A stretch of 64,000 bases of DNA from an uncultured archaeon. GTDB taxonomy: Archaea > Asgardarchaeota > Heimdallarchaeia > Heimdallarchaeales > Kariarchaeaceae. Each line of letters begins with the position of its first letter. The first letter of the stretch is position 1. The notes under the pieces are model-generated. The model ran no database searches. It was not told the origin of the DNA and saw only the letters and a program-made list of their open reading frames with translations. Location of the stretch: positions 1 through 64,000 of the forward strand of contig CAZYCQ010000006.1 of NCBI GenBank assembly GCA_964645535.1. Reading direction: 5' to 3'. Positions 30,359 to 39,268 of this stretch are shown in pieces. The position numbers and the translations under genes are program-made.

Positions 30359-30769
30359 CTATTCCTTCAGCACTGTTTCTTCAAGGAGTGACTTCACGTC
30401 TGAAAGTGTGGCTTCAAGCTTCACCATTTCAAGTCCGTTTTGGAACAAAGTAGTTACCCTAGCAATTGTTTCTTGGGCTTCTTTAATCCTCTCAGAAGAG
30501 AGCATTTCAATTTTTTCTGCGAGGTTATTGATTTCATCCCTTGTAATAAGTTTGGATGCAAGTTCATCCAATCTTTCCTGGATTGGTCCCAGATCAATAG
30601 CTGTTGCAGCTCCCACGCTTTCCACGCCCAATTCAGAAGCAACACCAGGTTGTATCTTACCAATTTCAGAGATCAGTCTAAGGACATTGAAATTGATTTG
30701 GCTAAGCTCATTCTTCATGGTTGCAATTTCCTTTCGTAGGGCACTAATTTCATCTTCGATTTTTGCCAT
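30359..30769 (-). CDS. Coiled-coil protein in the pilus operon
   Basis: Heptad pattern across 136 aa; lies between the platform and pilin genes. Confidence 0.65.
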   Translation of the reverse strand: MAKIEDEISALRKEIATMKNELSQINFNVLRLISEIGKIQPGVASELGVESVGAATAIDLGPIQERLDELASKLITRDEINNLAEKIEMLSSERIKEAQETIARVTTLFQNGLEMVKLEATLSDVKSLLEETVLKE

Positions 30770-30835
30770 TACTCATTATTTTAATTCATCATTAAATAAT
30801 CCTTTGGGAACAAAATGATGAAATTTTCACATTTG

Positions 30836-31846
30836 TCATTTAGCAATAAGTAAAATGTGGGCAATGAGTGCAATGACCATCAATATGGTAGAATGAACCA
30901 AACCAATCTTGATGGTTCCACTTCCCATTTTTCCAGCGGTCATCCCAGAAAAGAGCGCTTGTGAAGCCAAGACATAAAGGAATAGATTTCTGAACGCGTG
31001 GATCGGGATTGGAACAACCTCAACATTGTTTACGACAATGGTCTGTGTCCCGAATTGTTCAAAGAAGGTTGCGAAAAGAACCCAAATCACCACAATGAAG
31101 ATGAAATAGCTAGCATAGATAATGTACACATAAGGTTTGATCTGTGCTTCTCGTTCTCTTTTGATTTCAAGGATTTCTTGGACATGCTTCTGTGCGGCAT
31201 CGAAAATTTCCTCCAGATTTCCTCCGGATCGTTCAGCCTCTAGGATCAAAATTGTTGCCTGTTTCGCCAATGGGGTTTGCACATTGTTCTTGAAGGAATT
31301 CATGGCATCCCTGAAAGGAATACCCCAAGAAACCTTTGCAGCCAGTTTTTTCAATTCAGGAGTTAATGGACCATAATTTCTTTTGGATGCTTCCAAGATT
31401 GCCCTTGGTAAATGCATACCAATTCGTTGACTGTCAGCAATTTCCCTTAGAAGGAAAGGGAGATTGTCGTCAATTGCCTTTAATCGCCTTGCTTCCCTGA
31501 AATAGACACCAATTGCAGGGATACCGATGAAAAGAATTATTCCGACAACAACAAAGTGATGAACGGTGAATTTCAACGAATTGGGAATGAAACCTTGATT
31601 TCCGGTGGGAACAGAGAGGAATCCAAAAACGGGGTACACAGGCTCTTCAACACCTGTCCTTGGATTGACAACCAATTGGGGGAGGTTTGTATTCACTAAC
31701 CTGTAATCGTTCTGATATTCAAGAAATCCAAAGATTATTACGATAATCGAAATCACGGTACTGACAGACCAGTACACGAATGTAGGAGATACCTGTTTTT
31801 TCCCTTTCCTCAATTTTTCCATTGCTTTTTCTTCAATTGTTGACAT
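30836..31846 (-). CDS. Type IV pilus/T2SS-F membrane platform protein (TadC/FlaJ-like)
   Basis: IDDNLPFLLREIAD...YGPLTPEL...SWG..F.DA; EAERSGG. Confidence 0.9.
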   Translation of the reverse strand: MSTIEEKAMEKLRKGKKQVSPTFVYWSVSTVISIIVIIFGFLEYQNDYRLVNTNLPQLVVNPRTGVEEPVYPVFGFLSVPTGNQGFIPNSLKFTVHHFVVVGIILFIGIPAIGVYFREARRLKAIDDNLPFLLREIADSQRIGMHLPRAILEASKRNYGPLTPELKKLAAKVSWGIPFRDAMNSFKNNVQTPLAKQATILILEAERSGGNLEEIFDAAQKHVQEILEIKREREAQIKPYVYIIYASYFIFIVVIWVLFATFFEQFGTQTIVVNNVEVVPIPIHAFRNLFLYVLASQALFSGMTAGKMGSGTIKIGLVHSTILMVIALIAHILLIAK

Positions 31847-31858
31847 AACATAACCTCC

Positions 31859-32758
31859 TTAATCGACTGGTTGAGATCCATCCACCATGATGATAATCAC
31901 CGATTGGAAGAGCGGAATAATTATTACTCCAATTGTCAAGACGAATGAAGCAAGTCCATTGTGACCGATGGTTCCCTGCATTGCAACCATGGCCAAAATT
32001 ACAACCAAGAATGTGGGGGTGACAATACAAAGAACCAAGAAAAGTTCTGCCAAGAGCCCTAAGGTTTCAATATAGGCTTTTTCCTGCGTGAGTTTCTCCT
32101 TCATCAAAGTTTCGGATGCGTTCTGGAGATATAGTTGTAAGTCACCTCCACTTGTGAAAGTGGAAACAATCCCCTCAAGGAATGCACTGTAGGTTGAAGA
32201 AGGAGATCGTTTAGAAGCCGCTTCCAGTGCACGGATGATATCGAGGTTGAAAATTTCCACGTCTCTAGCGATTTTTTTCGCATCTTCCTTCAGGTACAGA
32301 TCAAGATCGTCCTTGGATAATGAAAGAAAAATTTGATCAGGAGTCACCCCCGCAGAAGCCATTGCAGTCATATAGCTTGCGGCAATGGGGAGAGATGCAT
32401 CGATTTTCCGTTTTCTTTCCGAGATCTTGAAGGAGAGATTTAATATCATCCAGTTGTATGTCGCAAATCCCGCAAAAGCGCCAAAAAAGAAGGGCAAGAT
32501 TATTGGGAAGGGAATTTCAGGGAAGAATACACTGAGAAACAGTTTCAAGATAAGAGAAAGAAAGAAAACGATCACGGCAGCCAAAATGGAATCAAAAATT
32601 GTAACGGAAAGAAACATCCGAAGGCTCCGATTCACGCCTGCCTTTTGCAACTGTCTTCTTAGATCTTCGAACTTGTCGAGTCTCCCCTCCAACCTTGTCC
32701 CAATCCATTTGTATGCTAACTTGTCGATGAAACTAGCATTTCGTCCTACAGTCGACAC
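31859..32758 (-). CDS. Type IV pilus/T2SS-F membrane platform protein (TadB/TadC-like)
   Basis: IDASLP.A.SYM.AMASAG, DIIRALE....SPS, SGGDL. Confidence 0.9.
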   Translation of the reverse strand: MSTVGRNASFIDKLAYKWIGTRLEGRLDKFEDLRRQLQKAGVNRSLRMFLSVTIFDSILAAVIVFFLSLILKLFLSVFFPEIPFPIILPFFFGAFAGFATYNWMILNLSFKISERKRKIDASLPIAASYMTAMASAGVTPDQIFLSLSKDDLDLYLKEDAKKIARDVEIFNLDIIRALEAASKRSPSSTYSAFLEGIVSTFTSGGDLQLYLQNASETLMKEKLTQEKAYIETLGLLAELFLVLCIVTPTFLVVILAMVAMQGTIGHNGLASFVLTIGVIIIPLFQSVIIIMVDGSQPVD

Positions 32759-32889
32759 AATATCCTCAATGTATTAACGCAGGTTTCTTTTATATTGTTT
32801 ATTGAAGTCAGATAGAATTAAACTGAAGAAATGTATGGGAGAATGGATATTAAAACAATACTTAATACCTATGTTGAAGTAATGATAGC

Positions 32890-33687
32890 GTGGATCTTGC
32901 ACCGTCAATCTTTATCAGCCATGGTTCTCCTATGGAAGCAGTTGAATGGGGACAATATCAGGAAAATCTGAGGAAGTTTGCAAAAGAAATAGGGAAACCA
33001 GAGGCTATAGTCTCTGTCAGCGCCCATTGGCAATATTACCAACCGGTTTTGATCACCTCAAATGCAATCCAGAATACCATACACGACTTTTATGGATTTC
33101 CTGAACAACTTTATTTATTGAAATATGAGGCACCAGGTAACCCCTCACTTGCACATCGAATTTCAGAAATTTTGACAAATTCAGGGATTGAGACTCGTCT
33201 GACCGATGAATGGGGATTGGATCATGGAACTTGGGTTCCTTTAAGGATCATGTTCCCTGAAGCAGATATCCCCGTCCTACAAATTTCAATTCCCATCCCC
33301 CGTTCGTCGAAGGATTTAAACATAATTGGCAGGGTTCTTTATCAGCTCAGAAAAGAAAAAATCATGCTTATGGGTTCAGGCGGGATTACCCACAATCTAA
33401 GACTTGCCATGCAAAATGTCATGATGAACAAGCCAAATGTGAAACCCGATAATTGGGCTGAAGAATTTGATTCTTGGATAAAGGAAAGACTTGAAGAAGG
33501 AAAGTTCGAGGATATACTTCATGCACAGAAGCACCCATTATTCAATGTTGCAGCACCTACCACGGAACATTTTGAACCAGTTCATTTTATTTTAGGAAGC
33601 TTGGATTCCAAAGAGGGAATACGACAAATCCATGAAGAAATCAAATTTGGGAATCTGTCCATGAGGTCATTTGCTTCAGAATCCTAG
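32890..33687 (+). CDS. DODA/LigB-type extradiol ring-cleavage dioxygenase
   Basis: FISHGSP, SAHW, TIHDFYGFP, GLDHGTWVPL, GSGGITHNL, PTTEHF. Confidence 0.92.
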   Translation: MDLAPSIFISHGSPMEAVEWGQYQENLRKFAKEIGKPEAIVSVSAHWQYYQPVLITSNAIQNTIHDFYGFPEQLYLLKYEAPGNPSLAHRISEILTNSGIETRLTDEWGLDHGTWVPLRIMFPEADIPVLQISIPIPRSSKDLNIIGRVLYQLRKEKIMLMGSGGITHNLRLAMQNVMMNKPNVKPDNWAEEFDSWIKERLEEGKFEDILHAQKHPLFNVAAPTTEHFEPVHFILGSLDSKEGIRQIHEEIKFGNLSMRSFASES

Positions 33688-34625
33688 ACTAGACATTTCC
33701 ACATATAATCAATTATTTCTGTGATTGTTTCTTCATCGTTTGTCAGATCTATCGTCTTTACCTTGTAAGCATTTGCTTTTTCGATCAAATAGGATTGAAT
33801 TTTCCTTATTTTTGAGAAATACTGGGAATATGTCGTCCCTCTGGATTGTGCCCGTTCCCGTTTTTTCAATCTTGAGAGATGGGCTTTTTCATCCTTGAGA
33901 ACCAGCAAGACCTGAATAATGCGAGGATTCTTGAAAAGTTTGTTGTTGAGCATGCCCGGAACCAAATGGACACCTTCAATAATCAGGATATTATCCTGTC
34001 TCAAAGCCTTGAGTACAGCGGCTTCAGCACCAGTAATTACGATTTTTGCCTGCTCTTCGAATCCTAGGATCGTTCGGCTTTCTGAAGAGAGAAGACGTAT
34101 TTGGGAAGATGTAGTGTAGGAAGATGTGTGAAGGGTGGGCATCAAATGAGGGCTGAATACAGATCTCAAACTTTCCCTAATTAAATCCGTTCCCATTAAT
34201 GATTTGATTTCCAATCTTTCCGCCAACATTCTTGCAATGGTCGACTTCCCAATTCCAGTAACTCCTCCCAAAAGAATTACGAATGGACGAACATCCTCCA
34301 TATCATTGGAAAGTATTCTTAACCGTTTTGCATAAGTTTGGTTGATATCTGCATACCAATCCTCAGTATATTGCAGAAGTTCTTTGACCTTGATTTCGGA
34401 AATATTCAGGTCCAACAATTCTTTTGCAATCAAGGTAGCATCACTGTATGCCTTTTCATATGGAATACCAATTTTCATCAGAAATTGGGTGAGATAACCT
34501 ATAGAAAACCTTGTCCTGTGCTTTTTTTTGTGAACAATGATATCTCCTGCTTTCAGGTTGATTTGAAATAGCTGTTCCCTTGTAAGACCGACAGGTAAAC
34601 GCGGATCAAGGTTTTGTTTAGCCAC
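33684..34625 (-). CDS. 2-phosphoglycerate kinase family protein (ATP-cone plus P-loop)
   Basis: FSIGYL ATP-cone-like N-terminus; GGVTGIGKST; TDLIRE; LHTSSY; IIEGVHLVPG. Confidence 0.88.
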   Translation of the reverse strand: MAKQNLDPRLPVGLTREQLFQINLKAGDIIVHKKKHRTRFSIGYLTQFLMKIGIPYEKAYSDATLIAKELLDLNISEIKVKELLQYTEDWYADINQTYAKRLRILSNDMEDVRPFVILLGGVTGIGKSTIARMLAERLEIKSLMGTDLIRESLRSVFSPHLMPTLHTSSYTTSSQIRLLSSESRTILGFEEQAKIVITGAEAAVLKALRQDNILIIEGVHLVPGMLNNKLFKNPRIIQVLLVLKDEKAHLSRLKKRERAQSRGTTYSQYFSKIRKIQSYLIEKANAYKVKTIDLTNDEETITEIIDYMWKCLV

Positions 34626-34675
34626 AAAAGAAATTCAACGAATTAGTTTAAATTCTTGTCCCTTCTAGTCAAAGT

Positions 34676-35632
34676 ATGGAAAAACAAACCCCTTCGCTTC
34701 CAAATCGAATCTTGATTCGTGGTGTCGGATATGATTATCTTTACAGCAGGGGGTTAATCGCCAATCACATCAAGGTCAGAGGGATTGATTACGATACTGC
34801 CTATCAAATTGCAAAAGAAGTTGAGGAAATTCTTTTGAAAAAAGGGATGAGATCAATAGATGAAAGTGACTTGTTTGAAATGGTAAGAACAAAGGCCAGA
34901 GATTATCTTGATCCTCAACAATCCAGAATATTTGATATAATTGAGAGATGGAGTATTTCAGGTGATCCATTGATCATTCTACTCTGTGGTGCACCCGGCA
35001 GCTATACCACTGAAATCGGACAAATTCTGGCAGAACAGTTTTCAATTTCTCAAATTATCAGTACAAACACGGTTCGGGCAATTCTGCAAAGGGTGATCGC
35101 CCCTGAAATTGCTCCAGAACTCCATTCAGAAAGCCATACTGCCTATGAGCACTTAAGACCCGTCCAAACCCATCATACAGACATGGTTATTTTGGGGTTT
35201 GAGGAGCATACCAAATTTGTCACGGAAACCATAGAATCGATGATCAATCGTGCGCTTTCAGAAAATCTTTCAGTTCTTTTCCGAGGAGTCCATCTAGACC
35301 CAAGATTTATATCAAGAAACATTTTGGATAAACCAAATGTTTTTTTCTTTACAATTCGCGTTCCAAATCCTAAACTTCAGTTAAATCGACTTTTGGAAAT
35401 TTCTGGTAGAGGAAAGGAAGATGAGGTGACACTGGATTTTCCAGACATACGAAAAATCCATGATTATCTTGTACAAGAGACTCAGCGACTAAAACTTCCA
35501 ATCGCGAATTTCAATGGGGATGTTAGGGATTGTGTCAACACCATTTTGCAAGAGATTATTGACGGATTGGACATCTTGTACAAATCATATGAAGATAAAA
35601 AAAAGCACGGAAAGGATGAGCATCAATCCTAA
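34676..35632 (+). CDS. 2-phosphoglycerate kinase paralog with degenerate P-loop
   Basis: YSRGLIA ATP-cone; CGAPGSYTTE replaces GxxGxGKS; STNTVR; FRGVHLDP. Confidence 0.8.
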   Translation: MEKQTPSLPNRILIRGVGYDYLYSRGLIANHIKVRGIDYDTAYQIAKEVEEILLKKGMRSIDESDLFEMVRTKARDYLDPQQSRIFDIIERWSISGDPLIILLCGAPGSYTTEIGQILAEQFSISQIISTNTVRAILQRVIAPEIAPELHSESHTAYEHLRPVQTHHTDMVILGFEEHTKFVTETIESMINRALSENLSVLFRGVHLDPRFISRNILDKPNVFFFTIRVPNPKLQLNRLLEISGRGKEDEVTLDFPDIRKIHDYLVQETQRLKLPIANFNGDVRDCVNTILQEIIDGLDILYKSYEDKKKHGKDEHQS

Positions 35633-36436
35633 AGAATAGAGAAAAGCCTCTTTGCCTTCTCGGTTGATTTTCTCTGCCAAACCATAATTGATGGCAGATT
35701 CAATTTTCTCAATATGCTGATACAATTGACTGACTGGATCCCCAGGATTGGTGGATTTTGTCAATGGAACTTCTTCCAATGTCTCGACGGCTTCTATCCA
35801 AGCATTGAGGGCAGCAAGGGTTTCTGAGGAAAAAATATCCTTGGCTTTTCTGATTTTTTCCTTGAGCGATTTGAGTCTGTCATGATCGAATCGTACAACA
35901 GGTGTTTTTGGCGGTTCTCTCTGGAAATACAACGAAAGCGCCAAAGGAACTGCATCAATGACTTCATAGGGGATTTTGTAATAGTCGTTACCTTTGACCC
36001 TATAAACCCCAAAGTCAAGGTCAGCAATATTGAGGGTTGATTGATATTTTAGGGGATCGATAACGATGGCAACGGATTTATCAAAAAGGTTCTGATAATT
36101 CCTCTGCGTAGAGATATCTGTTGATGACATAAATGATCGTAATCCGGGATGGGTGTGCCACCAGCCGACAATGGTAGCACCGTCTTGACGCTGGCTCATC
36201 TTGACAACAATATCGACAAGAGCCTGTTCTGAAATTTCAACATGAACTGCGGTTCCTTTCTGATCACCAACTTCAATATCCTCAATTATCAGAACATTTT
36301 CGTCCTCAATGTACCTTCCAATCAATAAGCCTGCTGTTTCTTTTTTCGGATGGTCTTTGTCAAACTGGATCATTTTTGCCATTGCTTCGAGCTTGATCAG
36401 AACTTTCGGATCATTCATCGTCAGATATTTTTTCAA
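35585..36436 (-). CDS. JAMM/MPN+ metalloprotease (Rpn11/CSN5-like) with C-terminal TM
   Basis: KETAGLLIG, GWWHTHPG...MSSTD JAMM motif, AIVIDP; hydrophobic C-terminus LGLMLILSVLFFIFI. Confidence 0.88.
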   Translation of the reverse strand: MKKYLTMNDPKVLIKLEAMAKMIQFDKDHPKKETAGLLIGRYIEDENVLIIEDIEVGDQKGTAVHVEISEQALVDIVVKMSQRQDGATIVGWWHTHPGLRSFMSSTDISTQRNYQNLFDKSVAIVIDPLKYQSTLNIADLDFGVYRVKGNDYYKIPYEVIDAVPLALSLYFQREPPKTPVVRFDHDRLKSLKEKIRKAKDIFSSETLAALNAWIEAVETLEEVPLTKSTNPGDPVSQLYQHIEKIESAINYGLAEKINREGKEAFLYSLGLMLILSVLFFIFI

Positions 36437-36505
36437 GCCATCCTAATTAAAACTGACGGATTCCACAAATGCGTTTGTGGGAAAATTATCGTTAAAATGC
36501 GATTT

Positions 36506-38053
36506 TTATGAAATAAGACCTCTTTTCGCTTTCTCGTATACCTTGTCTGGATTGGAATAGTAGTCTGCGATTTGGGCACTGACATCCCTGAAGTGACGGA
36601 TCTGCTTTTTCACCAAATAGCGAAGGACGGTTTCCCTTTTTTCGATTTCATCCCAGCATTCCTTGTCCGTCATGCCAGTTATGCCTTTGATTTTCTCGAT
36701 GAGATAAGATCGACCGAAGAAGGTAAAGTTGTCCTTTGCAGCATTCCATGCATAGACCTTATTGGTGATAATCTGTTTTGTGATTGGATCAAGATCAATG
36801 ATTTCCGAAATTTCAACGGCTCGTCTTGCGAATTTTCCTTGGGTCCGAACTTTTTTCTGAATATGGATCAGATCCAATGCTTTGATCATCGCTCGAGGTA
36901 CGTTCATTGGTGCAGATTCAAGCCTTCCAATAACACCTTGAACGCTATCACCGTGGATGGTTCCCATACCGGCGTGACCAGTCGACATGGCTTGGAACAG
37001 GGTATATGCTTCTTCACCACGGATTTCACCTACGATGATGAAGTCAGGTCTCTGACGCATTGCAGCTCTCAGGAGATCGTACATGGTAATTTCTCCTCGT
37101 TGGGTTCCATCAGAGTTCTTGGTTCCGAACCCGCCTCTTGAAACAGATGGAATCCAGTTTTCTAGACCGATGTTCAATTCAGCAGTATCCTCAATGGAAA
37201 TGACCTTGAGATCAGGTTTCAGTAACATTGAAAGAGCATTAAGGAATGAGGTTTTTCCAGCCGCAGTACCTCCAGCAATTAACAATGACATTTGGTGCTC
37301 AATAACAAACCAGTAATATGCGGCAATCTTGGAATCAATGGTATTGGATAGAATCAGATCTGTGATTGTCCATGGATCTGCCCGGAAACGACGGATGGTA
37401 AATGTGCTACCTTTTTGAGTCACCTCTCTTCCAAAGGACATCTGGATACGGGATCCATCAGGAAGTGAGGCATCAAGAAGTGGGTTTGCTATGGAGATAT
37501 GGCGTCCAGATCTTTGCGCCAATTTGATAATAAAGGAATCCAGCTCATTTTCATCAGTGAAAACGATGTTTGTGGCCATGGATTCATATTTTCTGTGCCA
37601 AACATAGATCGGGACGTTCAACCCATCGCAAGAGATATCCTCAATCATGTGGTCATGGAATAGGGGATCGATGGGGCCATATCCAATAAGATCTCTTTCA
37701 ATATAATACATCAATTTGTCTTGTACTGGTGCTGGAACCTTTAGCCCATACGTCTTCAGGGTATCAGTGACCATTTTCTTTAGATATTCCTGGGCTTTTC
37801 CTTCATTGGAAAGGACATTGAAATCAACGTCAAGCTCCTCTACAAGCACTTCCTTGATGAATTTGTATAGCCGTTCCTCTTCAGGGGTAAGTGGACTTTC
37901 CATTACCTGATAATAGGTTCGCTTGCTGACTGGATCCGTTTGGATAGACGCAAGCGAAAATGGAGGCTTCAATGGATAGTTTTCGAGAAGAAATGGCATT
38001 GTAGATTCCAAATCCGAAGTTTGGTCAAAATCGGGTACTTCTATCTTGGACAT
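36506..38053 (-). CDS. Type II/IV secretion-pilus assembly ATPase (TadA/FlaI family)
   Basis: IEDISCDG, GGTAAGKT, SIEDTAE, RQRPDFIIVGEIRG, TGH...TIH. Confidence 0.95.
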   Translation of the reverse strand: MSKIEVPDFDQTSDLESTMPFLLENYPLKPPFSLASIQTDPVSKRTYYQVMESPLTPEEERLYKFIKEVLVEELDVDFNVLSNEGKAQEYLKKMVTDTLKTYGLKVPAPVQDKLMYYIERDLIGYGPIDPLFHDHMIEDISCDGLNVPIYVWHRKYESMATNIVFTDENELDSFIIKLAQRSGRHISIANPLLDASLPDGSRIQMSFGREVTQKGSTFTIRRFRADPWTITDLILSNTIDSKIAAYYWFVIEHQMSLLIAGGTAAGKTSFLNALSMLLKPDLKVISIEDTAELNIGLENWIPSVSRGGFGTKNSDGTQRGEITMYDLLRAAMRQRPDFIIVGEIRGEEAYTLFQAMSTGHAGMGTIHGDSVQGVIGRLESAPMNVPRAMIKALDLIHIQKKVRTQGKFARRAVEISEIIDLDPITKQIITNKVYAWNAAKDNFTFFGRSYLIEKIKGITGMTDKECWDEIEKRETVLRYLVKKQIRHFRDVSAQIADYYSNPDKVYEKAKRGLIS

Positions 38054-38209
38054 AATTCCTCTTCCTTACTATTAAGTAATCATGATCCTTTAAAATGATT
38101 TCCAGAAATTCATTCCATGCATTGCTGTGTTTTTTTTGCTGAAGATTGCTCACCAAGTTCTCCCGAGTAGTAGAACTGATATAAAGATGAATGTTCGAGA
38201 ACAATTCGG

Positions 38210-39268
38210 ATGGCCACTACTGACCAATACCTTCTCTCCATAGGTCATATGCTTAAAGATCACCTTGTTGATGAGTTGGAAAAATTCTACAGGCGAAAGG
38301 TGAATCATTTCGATATCCATAGCATTCAGTCTCAAGAACGGTTTGGTGCGACAGGATCTCTGATCATTGCAAAATACAGTATTTCCACGGACATAGGAGA
38401 TTTTGACAGGCATCTTGCCATCAAGTTCAACCCCTCGAAAGAAAGTGCTTTAGAGGAATTGAAAAACGCCATTCTTTTAGAAAACCAATTTTTTTCATTT
38501 CCCCAGTTTGGAGTTCCGAAAGTCCTCTTCATGTCTACTTCAGATCCAAATGTGTTGATCTATGAAGGAATTGAAGGGATAAACTATGATGAAATTGAGG
38601 AAAAGGGAAAATTGCCATATCTTGCGGGACAACTTCTCGCCCTGATCCATGGAGGAGAGATTCGACCGGTTCAGGAGGAGCTATACCGGGATCTTGCCAG
38701 AATATTGGGAAGAAAGCTTGCAACTACCGGCAAGGAGTTGGAAATTTCTCAAGCGATGGGAGGGGCATTCAATACCATTCAACAGGCCTCTTCAGGATGC
38801 AATGCTTTTTCCGATTTTCACCAAAGCAACGTAATGGTGACATTTTCAGATGGAAAACCAATAAAGATGTGGGTCATTGATCCTGAATTCATGCAGGAAG
38901 GTTCTTTTGATCGGATGGAGGATGTGGGGACATTTTTTGGGTTTCAATTTCTCAAGGAATACCAGATTGCAGGTACTTATGAACAGGCCAAGATTGATCT
39001 TCTTCAGTTTTTGCGAGGGTATGATTCCATATTCTACCAACTTTCGGGCAGGCGCCTTTTCGAGATATATCCTCATGGTTTCCCCATTCAGTTCTTCATT
39101 GCATTTTGGGTTCTCATGGACGGCTTGGATCTAGCAGAAAACCGATTGAATGATCCAACATTCAGCCATCCTGAAATACAGGATAGAATTGATTTTGCTT
39201 TGAAATTCTTGAGAGATCAAAGTTTCATCAATTTCATCAATAAAGAAATGACTAAGAAATTAGGTTAA
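38210..39268 (+). CDS. Protein-kinase-like fold phosphotransferase (APH/choline kinase-like)
   Basis: AIKF (Lys), SDFHQSNV catalytic loop, VIDPEF metal-binding motif. Confidence 0.7.
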   Translation: MATTDQYLLSIGHMLKDHLVDELEKFYRRKVNHFDIHSIQSQERFGATGSLIIAKYSISTDIGDFDRHLAIKFNPSKESALEELKNAILLENQFFSFPQFGVPKVLFMSTSDPNVLIYEGIEGINYDEIEEKGKLPYLAGQLLALIHGGEIRPVQEELYRDLARILGRKLATTGKELEISQAMGGAFNTIQQASSGCNAFSDFHQSNVMVTFSDGKPIKMWVIDPEFMQEGSFDRMEDVGTFFGFQFLKEYQIAGTYEQAKIDLLQFLRGYDSIFYQLSGRRLFEIYPHGFPIQFFIAFWVLMDGLDLAENRLNDPTFSHPEIQDRIDFALKFLRDQSFINFINKEMTKKLG

